Source: Camelus ferus (Eukaryota). Taken from it: a stretch of DNA of 64,000 bases. Made by a program: the position numbers and the translations under genes. The notes under the pieces were generated by a model, which was not told where the DNA came from, ran no database searches, and saw nothing but the letters and a program-made list of their open reading frames with translations. The stretch lies in assembly GCF_009834535.1 (NCBI RefSeq), contig NC_045696.1, positions 116,376,001-116,440,000 of the forward strand, written 5' to 3'. How positions within the stretch are numbered: the stretch's first letter is position 1; each line of letters begins with the position of its first letter. This document shows positions 38,421-52,812 of this stretch, piece after piece.

Positions 38421-38725
38421 CTGAGAAACAAAGAAACAGCTATTCGGCACAGGCTCAAAAAATGGTTAGGGAGCGTCTTTGTGAGAAGAGACTTTAAAGA
38501 CTGTCAGTGTGACACTTGGAAGGAAATTATTAGGACTATTTTATTATTTGAGACACTTTCATCTTATTTTTTAAAATCAGCTTTTCTATCTCATAAAAGC
38601 TTTGGCAGAAATGTCATGCTTAGCTAACAAAAAAAGATTTTAAAAAATCTTTCCTGTAATTGAAATTCTGCATACCAAAAAAGAATACTCAGACAAGTTC
38701 CACTGGAGAATGTGTTTCCACGTAC

Positions 38726-38877
38726 CTCATTTGTGATATCGTACACAACTATGGCTGCTTGTGCTCCTCTGTAGTACATCGGTGCTAGGCTATGGTACCG
38801 TTCTTGACCAGCTGTATCCCATATCTCAAACTTTACCGTTGTGTCATCAAGACACACGGTTTGGGTTAGAAAAGCAG
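38726..38877 (-). CDS. RAB5A: RAB5A coding exon ([51 protein letters not shown])
   Basis: ttcag| acceptor, |gtacg donor, 152 nt, G3 motif WDTAGQE. Confidence 0.97.
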
Positions 38878-41800
38878 CTGAAAGAAGAAAATGTCTGCAA
38901 TAAGTTTATCAGTTTCCTCCTAATATTTCCATACTATAGAAAACACCTGGAAACCTGATACACTGCACACCCACAGTTAACAGTGGCTTTAAATACCTGC
39001 AAGAGCTATGCTTCAATGCTAGATAAATATATGCTCACATATAAAACCTTTGTAGCAAAATCACAGATTAAAGTGTTTTCTACATTCTTAAAAAGTGTTG
39101 TAATATTAAATAAGTTTATTAATACAGCTCTTAAATTATTTTACAAATTGTAAATTTAAGAATTTTAAATGGTAAAATGATTTAAGAAATATATATATTG
39201 ATATTCTTGAAAAAACGGGGGAGGGTGGATCAGCAGACCCACCTCACTACCATCTGTACTGACAACCCCATGCCACCTGCGCCATTGCCCCGGGGTTTAC
39301 TGGCATACTCTGGGGATTTAGTTCCAGTCCATCATCACTAAGTCAATTTTTAAAAAATATTATTTCATCAAACATTATGAGACTTTAGTTGTTAACTGTA
39401 CATTAAACATTAACTCATAGCTCTTTCATTCCTTGCCTCAAGGATTTTTTGATTTGTACTTTTTCATCCGTTCTTTTCTCAGATTTTAATACATAACATT
39501 TTATAACAATACTTTTGATTTTAAAATTAAGAGATTGCTGTCATATCTTGCAAAGAATTACAGTATTGCTTATTTCACAATCGCTTCATGAGAAAAGTAG
39601 GAAGTAAAATGTCTATTATGAACATGACTCTCTTGGCTCTAGGAATAAACATCACGAAAGACACCACATGGATACTCATGAAGAACCACTGATTTGTTAA
39701 GAGGTAGGTTATAATCAAGTGAATCGAACTTTAAAGTATCAACTATTAGGGTAAATTTCTAGGTTTAGTTAGTGGCACTGAAGATTAAACAAGACCCACA
39801 CAGAGCCATTTTCCCCAGCACGCTGGCCAACGGTCAGCACACCTTACAGCTCCATTCCTTCATTGACTCTGGTAGTTAAACCCTGCTGCTCTCATCCACC
39901 AGTGGCTGATAAGCTTCTTCCTCTTTCAGCTCAAGATGTATTCAATTCCTCTGAAACTGGCACAGAATTGTTATAAAGTTCTCTAAAACTCTGTCTTATC
40001 ATGCAAGAGAATTAGGATCTATTCCTGTAAATTGTAGCAGTTTATTAAGTGATGTCAAACTTACGAGATTCACTAGTTAATACCAACGTGCTGAACATGT
40101 CAAGTCTAATTTGATATTATATCTCTTTTATATTAGACATAACATTTTTCATGGTTTTTTCTTTTTATTAGGTCAACTGGCAGCTGTGCTGGCTTTAGTA
40201 TCAGCAACTATAATCTTCTCAATTTTGCAAACATCATAATTGGAAATGTCTTTATTTTGACCTAAATTCAAATTAATACTTCTGTGAATTCTCACAAGTG
40301 AACTATACTCTATTTCAAATTTCTTTTACCATACAAAATTACCAAAAACATCCATTTTTTAAAATCCTGTATTTATGGTAAAGGATACCAAGAAAGTACT
40401 ATGTCATTTTTTCAGTCATGAAAGGTTCTTATGCAGAATTAATAGTTTTAAACATTTAAATTAAGCTCTAAGACAGAACTCCTTTTTAATAAAAGAGGAA
40501 ATACGTAAGGAATGGATCACAAAATACAACCCTTTTCTCACAAGTATAGTTTGATACAACTTGAAAAACATTGGATTACAATTTGCATTCAGACTTTGTT
40601 TTCTCTTTTCCATAACCACAAAGTACACTGCTAACAAAAATATTCATTTACAGTTCCATAAGTCAATTCTAGGCTCAGGGAAATAATTATTAATAATGCT
40701 GCCTTAAAGAAAATATAATCTGATTCTCAAACCAGTTAAAGACATCACAGAAGGCCACCAATCTTTTTTATAAATGCATGTATAAAAATGACAAAATACA
40801 GGAAAGGGAAATTTCCAACAAATACATTAAAAGAACAATAGTCCATGCCCAAGTAGATTCTTGAAGAAAATACAAAGCTATTATACCAGTAGGCTAAAAA
40901 AGAAAAATCATGTATTATTTTAAAAAATTACTAAAGGTCATTTGATTCAATACCCAATCCTAACACACACAAAGAATTCTTCCTTAAAATTTATCAAGTG
41001 TGCATTCCATCCTTAAGCCTGAAACCAGCATTTTGCTTAGTAGCAAAGCTCTTAGGCAGTCTCTCTAAACCTAGAAACCAAAGAATGACCACTATCAAGA
41101 TCATGTAATATCACTTCAGATATTCTTAAAATAAAGTAAGAAATTATTAGAAAAAGACATTACTTGGAAGAGGCAAGACAATGAAAATCCAAAGGCATCA
41201 GTTAAAATAAAAAGATAGTAAGTTTTTTAAATTGGTTGGAACAGATCAAAGTCATAGGCTTACAATACACAATGACCAGGTTTTCAGCGTTATGCTGGGA
41301 CGAAGATGGATCCTAATCAAATTAACCAAGAACAAGAATTATCAATTCACCCCTCAGATCCTCTTAGAAACCATCCTTCATCACACCCTTTCAGTAGGTC
41401 CTACCTTTGGGCTCCCAGAGTTGCCTGTGTAAGAACATGTTTTACACTTCTAAAAATCACTAGTTTACACATTATCTTTTTCTTCTCCTAGACTGGGAGT
41501 TCCTTGAGAAACTAGCTACTCTCGTCCATATCCAACATCTAATATAAACTCAGTTCATGTAAGTGTTCAAACTGGTTTGCTGAAGTTCATAAAAGATATG
41601 TAGAAATATTTTGGGGCTATTTCAGTAACATTTGACTAGATACACAGTTCCCAAATAGGAAAAAAAAAAAATAGGTATTTCAAAAGGCCTCGCTCTTCTC
41701 AAGTTATTATGTAACTAGCAGCATCTCAAACAAAATACCAATAAATCTTTTTAATTTGATAACACCATCCTGTTCACGTGGTATGATAAAGAGAGTGTAA

Positions 41801-44289
41801 TTTGGAGGGAGGAGAAAAAGACCAATATTAGAGGCCAGGGGACTGAGTTTTAGGGCACATCAAAAACACATTAAGACCATGTAAAAGTGCTGTAGTGCCA
41901 CAAGGACAGAAATATGACAGGAACAGGATACCCCAGTACTGTAAGCATTATGTACCGCAAAAGCATCAAGATTTCCCCCAAATTCTCAGATTTTCAAATG
42001 CTACCAAAGTTTTTAATCTCCCCCATAAAAGTCAGTGAAGTATAGCTGACATCTTTAAACACTTGGTGCTTCTAAAAATACATTACTGGTCATTTATAAA
42101 GTCATAAAAATAAATTCTAGCACTCAAAATATAAATTACTACATAAATACTGTAGTGACATTAACCAACCACAAACTTACCTGAATCTGCAAAACCACTT
42201 TAATTTATCCAAAACGTCTATTTTCTGGCTAAGAACCATCACTTTCTTAGACCTCTTCATTTTCTCTTCACTTCCATCACCAGCACTAGCGGTTGGTTTT
42301 CTTTTCGGGCCCATATTTCACAAAGAAACAGCTTTTATCACTTGGAGAGTTACTGTGTACGCGACGACAGAGAAAAACAAAGCTGCGTTGAGATGCGGGT
42401 GCTGGCCTGTCTAATAGGCTCCCACTTTGAGCTCACATGATCAGTTCCAATTATCTGCAAGCCTGGCAGCAAGCAAGTAACATTTCAGTCTCAGCAAAAA
42501 TACAAATCACTAGATGACAGACCTCAGGGTCAGCTGAGAGTAGCTGAAACTGTAAATGTTAAATCTGCAAATACCAAAGGCCTATAGTGTGTAAGACCTT
42601 GATAATTAAAAAGGAAGGAGGAGACCCTACAACATACAGGGCAAGGTAGAAAACATCTGAATCAACGGCATTAACCCAAGGTTAACAACTCATTAAAAAA
42701 AAAGGTTAAACTAGCAACTAAAGTGATTCTACCTGAACTAAACAGGACAAAAAAGAGAAAAACCGAGGAATCAGTATCACTCAACTCTCAACTTATTATT
42801 TTATCAAATTTGATAGGGAAGAATTACTTTACTAGAATTGACCAAAAATTCTAAGACTGTCAGGTTTGGTAACATAAAATTTAAGAGACTTTAGGTTTGT
42901 AAAACATGTATCTTACATTCAGAACACAGGGGCAAACACAGGAAAATTTCTACAGTGGATGTTATGAGATTAATTTTTAGTACGTAGAAAGTTCATATAA
43001 ATCTTAAGAAAACTCGAAAAGCATCAAAGGTAAATGTGTAAAGGAAGTTCACATAAGGAATGTAACACAGAAAAAAGTCAACACCACTAGTAATCAACAA
43101 AATCATCCTCACAGCAAAAATGGTTAAGCTTTATCCCTTACTCAGCAAAGTGAAAAAATTAAAATAGAACAGAGAATGTGGCAAAAACTCACGCTCTGCT
43201 GGAGATACTGTGTAACTGTTTTGGAAACAATTCTACCAATATGTGGCAAAGCCATGAAAATGCTAATACTCGTTAACCTAGTATCTCATGGAATCTCCAA
43301 AAGATGACGAGGGAGCAGGAGAGCAGGGAGAACACATCTTTATACTCAAATAACCTAATATATATATGAAAAGGCACCAGTGGCTTGGTAAGCATTAAGA
43401 AGCAATTAAATTTAAAATGGTTATAAAGTGACCTCTTAATTCCCAAAAAGTAAATATATATGTATATGACAGAATGTTCTCCCTTACATAAAACTGTCAT
43501 GAAAGTGGTGGATTTGGGGCCCTATAAAAAGGCTGTAGTTGTTAGAGAGGGAAAGGGCCTTGTTCAAGATCTCAGATGTAGATCAGAGGCTTGTGATCAT
43601 AAAATCCAAATTAGAGGTTGTTTATAAGTGATGTTTAGGGGAAGCAAAGTTTTCAGAGCCAAGTTAAGTCAGTGGATGAGTTCAATGGATCTGGATCACA
43701 CTCCAAGTTGAAGACCTGATCAGGGACAAAGATAGGCAGGAACTGATCAAATGGCATCAAGAACCAGTTACCAAAGTTATCCATGAAGGTAGAAATTGGT
43801 TTGCTGGAAAAATGAGTGCAACGGTAATATTATAATGAATTTTATCAGACAGATGAGCAGTGACTTCAAATGATAAAACTGCACACAGACAAGAATACAT
43901 GAATGGTCTAAGTAAGAGCCAACAACAGCCAAAATAAAACCTGAAGCCATTTTTATTTTCCTTAAAATTGTATGTGTAGTATAGGAGGGAGTACCCAGTA
44001 GATATGGCAGAAAAGAAGACAAAGACCATGTATTCAGAGAAGAGTCACGTTTCAACTAATCAGAGGGTGAAGAGAAGAAAGGTGATAAAAACAGACTGGC
44101 GCAGAGGAAAGTATACAGTCATTAAACCCAAACAGAAAATACTCCAAAAGCCTGGCAACAAGGTAAAATATTTTACTATACAGATCATGTATAAAGACAG
44201 CAATATGCCCAAAGTCCACCTTATGAGATGATCTGGGAATACTCATCACATTGAGCTCATTCTTAAAAATCAGTAAGCATCTGATAGGG

Positions 44290-45230
44290 GTTAAGCATCT
44301 GATAAGGGATTGATATCCAGAATACATAAAGAACTCCTACAACTTAGCAACATGAAAACATAAACTACCCAATAAGAAAAATGGACAAAGGACTTTGGTA
44401 AACATTTCTCCACATTTCACAAATGGTCAAGAAGCACATTAAAAGATTCTCAACATCACTAATCATTATGAAAATGCAAATCAATACTACAATGAGACTA
44501 CTTTACACTCATTAGAATAGCTATTATCAAAACAACAGAAAACAAAAATTTGCAAGGATGTGGAGAAATTGAAATCCTTGTCCACTGATGGTGGGAATGA
44601 AAAATGGTGCAGCTGCTGTGGAAAATGGTATCGAAATTACTCAAAAATATTAAACACAGAATTATCAAATGATCAGAAAATTCCATTTCCAGGTATATAC
44701 CCAAAAGATGTGAAAGATATTTGTACACCACTGTTCACGGCATTGCTATAATAACCCAAAGATGGAAGAGATCCAAGAGTCCATCAAAGGATGAACGAAT
44801 AAGCAAAATATGATATATACATACAATGGAATATTATCCTGCCTTAAAAAGGAAGGAAATTTTGACACATTACAGTATGGATGAATCTTGATGACATATT
44901 ACATTAAGTAAGCCAGTCACAAAAGGACAAATATCACCTAATTTCTCTCACGAGGTTCTTACGGTAGTCAAATTCATAGAAGATGTTATTTGCCATGGGT
45001 GTGTGTGTGCGTGTGTGTTTGTGTGTGTGTGTGTGTGTGTGTATGTGTGTGGGAAAATGGAGATTTACTGTTTAATGGGTAGAGTTTCAGCCGAGGAAGA
45101 TAAAGTTCTGAAGGTGGGTGGGCATGGTGATGTCTACACAATGTGAATGTACCTAATGCCACAGAACTGCACATTTAAAAATGGTTAAAACTATAAATTT
45201 TTTATCATGTATATTTTACCATAACAAAAA
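44290..45230 (+). mobile_element. old LINE-1 (L1MB-like) ORF2 tail and 3'UTR, containing (GT)n at ~44999-45050
   Basis: ATCCAGAATACATAAAGAACTCCTAC...AATGCAAATC...AATGTACCTAATGCCACAGAACTG...AAAATGGTTAAAA. Confidence 0.8.
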
Positions 45231-45854
45231 TTATTCAAGCAACACCTTAAGGTAACTGTCGCCAAATGAATGCAATAGTAGAAAATATTAAAGATATAAA
45301 GGGGAGAGTCATGCAAAATGAAGTAAAGAGTAATAATCAGTTTTTCTCCAACACTGGGAGTAAGATACTATTTTTAAAAGACCTAATTCTTATAATTTTT
45401 CAGAAATAATCCAAGAGTAACGGAAGTCAGTGTTTTTGCTATCATAGTTTGACAATTACTCTTAAAGGACACCCAACTCTTCTAAGGGACTCCACTAAGC
45501 CAGGACATAAGCTCACAAGACACCAGTTGAACATTACTGTACTAGTATTTTTCATAGCACACTAATGCACATTGTTTTAAAATTAGTCTTAGGAGTTTGA
45601 ATTTGGTTACTATTTAGTACACCAAACCTGATCACCTAGAATGAACTGATAAAACCAGTAATTGAACCTTCAAGGCTGAGAGTCTGTGGTTACCACATCA
45701 AGGGCATAATCCTTATAAAGTCTACTTACCAGATTGGATTGATATAAAAATGATGTAACAAGTATTAAATTGGGAAGCATTTTATCTATGGACAACAGAT
45801 ACTTTGTTAAATAGTTTGAACAGTACTTTAAAAAATTCCTATGGTGTGCAGGGA

Positions 45855-47265
45855 AAGATGACTTCTGGTTCTGCATATAAGGAGCTTAGAAGTTGCCACT
45901 CCATCCTGACAAATGGAAAGCTGAACAAACTGAAAAATTAATAGTTGTTCTTAGATCTGAAAGAGAAGTGAGGTCACACGGCAATCTGCTGCCCCCCAAA
46001 TTGGAGAGACAGACAAGTAGATACAAAAACCCCCACAACATCTGAGAGCAGAAATCTGAGGAAACCAGTGCTGGTGAAGGAACACTAGAACTGTAATCAA
46101 CAAATCGCTGGAGGTTAGGTATGGACAAGTCTGAGTTAAAAACTCTAGGGGAACTCAGTAGTCATGGGGTGGGGGTGGGGCACCACACTTTGGTGAGTTT
46201 TATCTCCAGGAATCTGACTAGGTTCTCACAGAAAATATCAGAGAAAAATCCCCTCGTGCTTCTGTCAAAAGGAACCATTTGAAATAAACCAGACTACCTT
46301 GTTCTTAACAAAGCCTGAATCCATGAGAAACTGGTTAATCTGAACATAACCTGCTGGAATATTATTAGACTCTAACTGACCTGGGGGAAAATACGTCCAA
46401 CTCAAGCCAGTTCTATCCCTCCATTGGGGAGAAGGGAAATCTCTAATTCCAGCCCATTCTAGCCATCCTGCCTCATCTCAGGGAGGGAGAAAAGAACTGA
46501 TGAACACTTGTGAAGTTCACTGTTCGAACAAACAGGCTCACTGCAAGACAGACTTATTCGTAAGATTACACAGAATGGTTCCTCCCTGCCCCAACTCTCT
46601 ACCACACTACTAAAGGCCTATTTACAGCAGTTGCTTTTACTCACTGTATCATATCCAGCTAGCAAGAAAAAAATCACAAGGGAAAATCACTAAAGGGAAA
46701 AAAACAGACTGCAGAGACAGAGCAAGCATCAGAACCAGACATGGCAGAGATGGAATTACCAGATCGAGAATTTAAAACAACTAGGATTAACATGCTAAGG
46801 ACTCTAATGGTGAAGACAGAAAGCAAACATAGATAGTCAGCAGCAGCAGAGGTGGAAATCTTAGGCCCCTGAAAACTGTCAAAGATCAAAAACACTGTAA
46901 CAGAAAGAATGCCTTTTTTGATAGGCTTATCAGAAGACTGCCTATGGCTGAGGAAAGACTTTCAGACTTTGAGGTATATCAATAGAAACCTCCAAGACTG
47001 AAATATAGAGAACAAAGACTGAAAAACAGAAGGGAATATCCAAGGACTGTGGGACACCTACAAAATGTGTAATATATTCATAATGGGAATACCAGAAGAA
47101 GAAAGGAATAGAATATTTGAATCAATAAAGACCAAAGATTTCCCCAAATTAATGTAAGTTACCAAATTATTGATCTAGAAAGCTCAGAGAACACCAAGAA
47201 AGATAAATGCTGAAAAATCTACACTGAGGCATATCATTTTCAAACTACAGAAAATCAAAGATAAT
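45855..47265 (+). mobile_element. old LINE-1 5'UTR/ORF1 fragment
   Basis: Degenerate ORF1-like purine-rich phrases (GGACTGTGGGACA, ATGGGAATACCAGAAGAAG, GAAAGCTCAGAGAACACCAAG). Confidence 0.6.
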
Positions 47266-48449
47266 GTGCAAGGATAGTGCCCAGGCTATTCTGCAAAGGA
47301 AGCTTCTTTCCCCCTTCTCCTTGGAGATATCCCTTTCTGCATCTGCTTCAAGACTTCAGCACTTAATACTTCCCAGGCCTGAAGGAAATCTACCAGGCCT
47401 TTAAAACACTACTGGCCTTAAAAGTGACTCTTTAATGCTTAGCAATAAGCCTATCCACTATGTAAGCTTAAAATAAAAGTTTTACTATCTGAGAATTTTA
47501 CAATGTAAGAATGGAAAAGGGTAAGCTAAAGATGGGAGAAGAGACAGAGAAGACTAAACCCCAGAGTAACAGTTACAGAAAACCTGTAATCCCAGAATAT
47601 AATTATCTATGCCAAGCAAGGCTCAAAGAAACTGGAAGTATCTATTCCTAAGGGAAAAAAGAACTGATGAAAACACTAGAATCTTTTTGATCCCATAATC
47701 ATTTGATAAAAGTACTCTGGTTCAGTAACCACATGGAGAAATTAATCTTACAGAAATAAGCCCAGAAGGAAAAAAAGTCCAAGAAGCCACTATAAGATGA
47801 TTATGTAAGACAGCAAACAAAAATGCAAACATTAAATGTCCAACAATAAGGGTATTGTTAAAAAATAGATTTCCAGTTACTAAAATAAATATGAATACAA
47901 TACAGAGATATTAAGTATTATTAATAAATGAAACAATACAATAGTATAACTACTACAAATGAAACTACATACAAATATCATGAAGTTATCAATAGTTCAC
48001 AGAGAATGGAAACACAATGGGCTCTTAAAAATATGAATGAAAAGATGCTTGACCTTACTCCTGTTATGGGAAAACGTACATTAAAAAATGCAGAGAGCAA
48101 TGCATGTAAGAATGGCAAAATTCTGTAAGTATGACACTACCTTGAGTTAGTAAAATAGGGTTAACAGGTATTCGGTGCATTGCTGTTTGGACGGCAGTGT
48201 GGAAAAAATTTATCAGAATTACAAGTGTATATAACTTTTGATACAACCATCAACTTTGAGGAATTTATGCTACAGAAATACTTAGAACATGTGAGAAAAG
48301 ACTATGAATTATTCACTGCAGCACTGTTAACACCCAAAACATAAAACCAGAACTGATTAAACATATATTGATATGATCCATTCAATAGAATACTGTTACA
48401 GCCAAGAAAAATGAGGACACTCTTCATAAAATGATATCAAAAATCAGAC

Positions 48450-48902
48450 TGTATTTTCCAAGATGGTCACAAGAAGGTCCTGCATATCCTTCTTACATGA
48501 TGCTGACATTCTTTCCTCAAATCTGTGCAAGCCTGTGACTCGAACATAACTGATGCTATCTATGTGACTTCTGGGGGTAGGTCATAAAAAGCTACCTGGC
48601 TTCTGCCTGGTATTCTGGGGACATTCATGTCTGAACCTAGCCGTCATGCTGTGAGGAAACCCACACCAAGTGGCAAGGCCACATCTAAGTGTTCTGGCTG
48701 ACAGCCCCAGCTGAGGTCCCAACAAACAGCGAGAATGAGCTGCCAGGTGTGTTGAGATGATTCTGGCCCCAGCACTGACTGCCACCTATGAGGTCAGAGA
48801 ATCACCTAAGCCTGCTCAACTCCCAGAACCAAACGGCTAATAATTGTTTTAAATGACTAAGCTCTGGAGTCATTCATTTCTGAGCAGCAGATAACTGGGA
48901 CA
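48450..48902. mobile_element. MaLR LTR (MLT1-type)
   Basis: GTGACTTCTG...GTCATAAAAAG...CATGCTGTGAGGAA...GACAGCCCCAGCTGAGG...GCAGCAGATAACTGGGACA. Confidence 0.6.
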
Positions 48903-48942
48903 GTATTAAAGTGAAAAATAAAAAAGGATTAGTAGGTCTAAT

Positions 48943-49072
48943 TTTTTTGTGTGTTCGGAGAGGAGGTAATTAGGTTTTTATTTATCTATTTTTAATGGAG
49001 GTACTGGGGCTTGAACCCAGGACCTTGTGCATGCTAGGCACACACTCTACCACTGAGCTATTACCTCCCCCC
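48943..49072 (-). mobile_element. tRNA-derived SINE (Vic-1-like, long-tail form)
   Basis: Same core as the other copies plus the tail AAACCTAATTACCTCC on the minus strand. Confidence 0.85.
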
Positions 49073-52000
49073 AGTCTGATATATTTCAAATCTCATAAAA
49101 AGGAGAAAATACATAGATTTGAATGTAATAGTAGGATTCTCTAGGTTCAAGTCCTCTTGTTAAAGTAACCTATGTGTCCAAGATACATTCATGTTACCCC
49201 TCAAACAGAACTGATATCAACTAAGTGGAACCCCTTCTGACTCCAGTTTTATGCAAGGATAAGTAACTATTTTTTGACTGAGAAATGCTGAAGGTGTCTG
49301 ATAATTAGAGTGACTACAGTCCCACATCATCACATTACTCTCTCTTGTCTTTCTGAGTCCACAGAGCACCTATCTTTAACTTTGGAAACAGGCTAAAAAA
49401 CCATGAACGGTCGGTTCCTCATATGGCTGCTACCCTTCCTCATCTACGTTACCTGGAAAAGAGGGTGAATACTGTTCATCAACACCTACCTCCAAGAGTG
49501 TTTTGCAACACGTGTAAAACACTAAGGGTTATTTCTCATTTTCAAAATCCAGTATGTGATTTCACTCTTACCTTCAAGAATTTAGTAAGCTGACAGTTAA
49601 AAATTCATATTTACATCAAAATAGTGTGATCAAAAAGCAAAAACCTCTGGAATGACTTCTGTTGTTTTTCTCACTGTAACTCACCCCATTCTCCACCAAG
49701 AGGCCTATTAACAAAAGGCTCTCAATGATGACTCCAAATGTTATCCTATGGTGAATTAATGCACCATGCATCATAAGGAAGGTTACATATAAGTAACATC
49801 AGGTTATTATGGTGTTAAGACCCAAAAGGGGGAAAGGTCAACTTTGATTTCTAGTACTTAGCACAGTGTTAGGAGCTTGGGAAATCTCTTAAGTAAATGA
49901 GTTTTAGAGAAGCTTTATAATCTTATTTCCCAGTATATAACAGAATAAAAGCAGCAAATCAGTGACTCAATAGAGGCGGTTCACCATAGTTAGAGCTAAT
50001 TGGCAAAATCATTCTACCAAACAGCACTGAATACTTCAGCAGCACAGAGGGCATCAATGAATCAAGTAAGACAGGACAAGAACAAACGTCTACGATCCCA
50101 AATTGTGAAACAAAAGTTAAGAGGAAAAAACAGTTTAACTGTATTGATTGTGTTGTTTAATGCGGAAGAGAGTACACACTTTTAAAATAGTCTGTTTTAG
50201 AAGAATCCTAATTTAGCTCAATCCTCCCATTTTATAAATGTGTAAACAGGGCTGTCTGTAAGAGTTTGCCAGGACTGAAGCCAAGCTTAGTGGTTCCTGA
50301 TTCACAGCAATATTTAAGTAGCGATATATGATAACATTTTTAACTGGGGCATTGAAGAATAACTGATGTTAAGGCTATTAAAACTTCTTAGGTCAGAACT
50401 GGTACAAATGTATAGAATACCAAACCTTTACCAACTTCTCTGAGTACTACAACCTTTCTCAAATACTGAATATGTATTTTCTAGAAGGAAATATTACTAT
50501 GCATAAAGATAATATTCTTTCACTTGAAACCAAAGGATTAACTTCCACAAATTTTAATGCTCACCATAGCAGAAAGAATAATGAATATTTCAAAAACCAT
50601 TTTTCTCCTGAATTGAAAATCATATGCCAAATGTGGTTTGTCTCAGGTCTTCTGTCCCTTCTCAGAAGTACTTTTAGTTGAAAACAATATGCAGGTGCAA
50701 ATAGATAAAAGAAGTAAACAAATGCAGACAGTACATTTACACAAACAACTCCTTCTGAAGGCTAACAAGTGAAGGGCAGTCATAGAAATCTTACTAACCA
50801 CAGGAAAAACATGGTTATTCAAATTTAAATTTCCTAGCTAGCTTTTATCTCTCAGTTCAGGAAGCAACTTTAATATCTGCATACACGTAGCACTCTATTT
50901 AACTGTGTAATTTCTCCCTCTGAGAAAACTTCAACAAATAACTTAGCTGATGTGGGCAGCAGGCAGTTAATATGCATGACTAACCACTCTTGTGAAAACC
51001 AATGAATGGGAGGGTAATCGGTAAGAATTTACCAAACAGAATTTAAAGAGAATTAGTCGTAAATGTTCATGCTATCTATCTGAAGGAATCTGCAAAAACT
51101 CCATTTTTAGGAAGGCTCAAATTTAGGAAGTACTTCCTCATGAAGTTTTTTACATCTTATTTGTTCCTATAATTTTTAATGAGAAACTTTAGCCTCCAGG
51201 AGAAGAAAATCTGGATATAAAATTCATTAACACTGTCAAATCCTAAATCAAATGCTATGGACTAGGTGGAACAGTCATGACTCTAAAATAATGGCATGTC
51301 ATGACAATACAACAAAAATATAAACAATGATAAAAATGACTCAGCAGAAAGTAATGGTGGTGATGGTAGGGGTAACAGCTAACATTTAATAAGCATTTTA
51401 CTGTGTACTGGGCACTGTGCCAAGAAATGTACATGTACTTTCATTTCATCCTTACAAAAAACCTTTCAAGTTAGTTACTATTATTTCCATTTAATATAAG
51501 AGGAAAATAAATCTTATGTAGCTGTGGAGCTAGAATTTTACTTTACTTTTTTATTTTATTTATTTATTTTTGAACACCTTTATTGTGGTATGGTTCCTGT
51601 ACAGTAAACTACACATATTTCATATGTACAATTTGATGAATTTTGACAGATGTATACACCAATGAAACCACCACCACCAAGACAGCTAACATTTCCATCA
51701 CTCCCCAAGTGGTGAAAATTTCAAATTCCCAATTTATCCCTTCCCACCCCCTTTACCCCCTGGTAACCAAAAGTTTGTTCTCTATGTCTGTGAGTCTTCC
51801 TGTTTTGTAGATAAGTTCATTTGCATTTTGTTTTTTTTTTTAAAGATTCCACACATAAGTGGTATTATATGGTATTTTCCTTTGGAACTAGAATTTTAAA
51901 TTAAACAGTGTGAATACAGAGTTTGTCCACTGTCCCCCAAAGCCCTCCTTAACCACAATGCTTAACTCTTAAAGTCCTGGCCATGAATTGATAAGGTAAA

Positions 52001-52640
52001 AGACTGTTAACTTTGAAACTAACCTTGTTTTTCTTAATTTTAATACTCTTTTCCTCATTAGATGTTTTTGAATCTGAATAGAAAAACAAGTCTTGCTAGC
52101 CCCTTAAAGGAAACTGAACAGATGTTAAATACAGAATAAACTTTGTTCTTCCAGTAAAAACCACTCTGAATTGTTTTAGATACTCTACTTAGAGTTAATA
52201 ATTGCTGAAAATACCTTAAAAAAAGAAGGCACTTATTTATTAAATTAATTTCATGTATAACCAGTTCCTGATTATTTGTGGCAATGAAAGGAAGCAGCAT
52301 TGGTACAGATGACTGAAAACTATGGATACTCTTAACTCCCGTAAGTAAGTAAAGACAAGGCAGAGTATCCTTGATGGGACAAAGGAGTCACGCTCTCTTT
52401 AAAGAGGCCCAGCAGGTTAACAGGAAGGGGTTTCCATACAAAGGGACAGAGGTAATATGTAATGTAACCAGTACACAATACTTGTAATTCTCAGACTGGA
52501 GTAGTTAGATGAACAATATGTTTTTTAACAATCCTTCAAAAAAAATCACAGTTTAAAAAAAGAAAAGCACCTGTTCCATTTGTGGGAGAACTTTAATGTG
52601 TAGTGTAAATGTAATACTGACTACTCAGAAAACAGAAAGC

Positions 52641-52812
52641 GGAGGTTCTCACACTTTGGCACGTATTAGAATCACGTGTTAAACTTGTTAAAACTTCAGA
52701 TTACTGGCTGTGCACCAGTATTTTGACTCAATATAGGAGTATGCATTTTTACCAAGTTCCAATGTAATGCAGATGTTTCTGGAACAGGAACCCTCTTTGA
52801 GAACATGTGCTC
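52641..52812. mobile_element. MER5A-like hAT DNA transposon
   Basis: GGTTCTCA...ATTAGAATCAC...TGCATTTTTACCAAGTTCC...CTTTGAGAAC with inverted termini. Confidence 0.6.
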
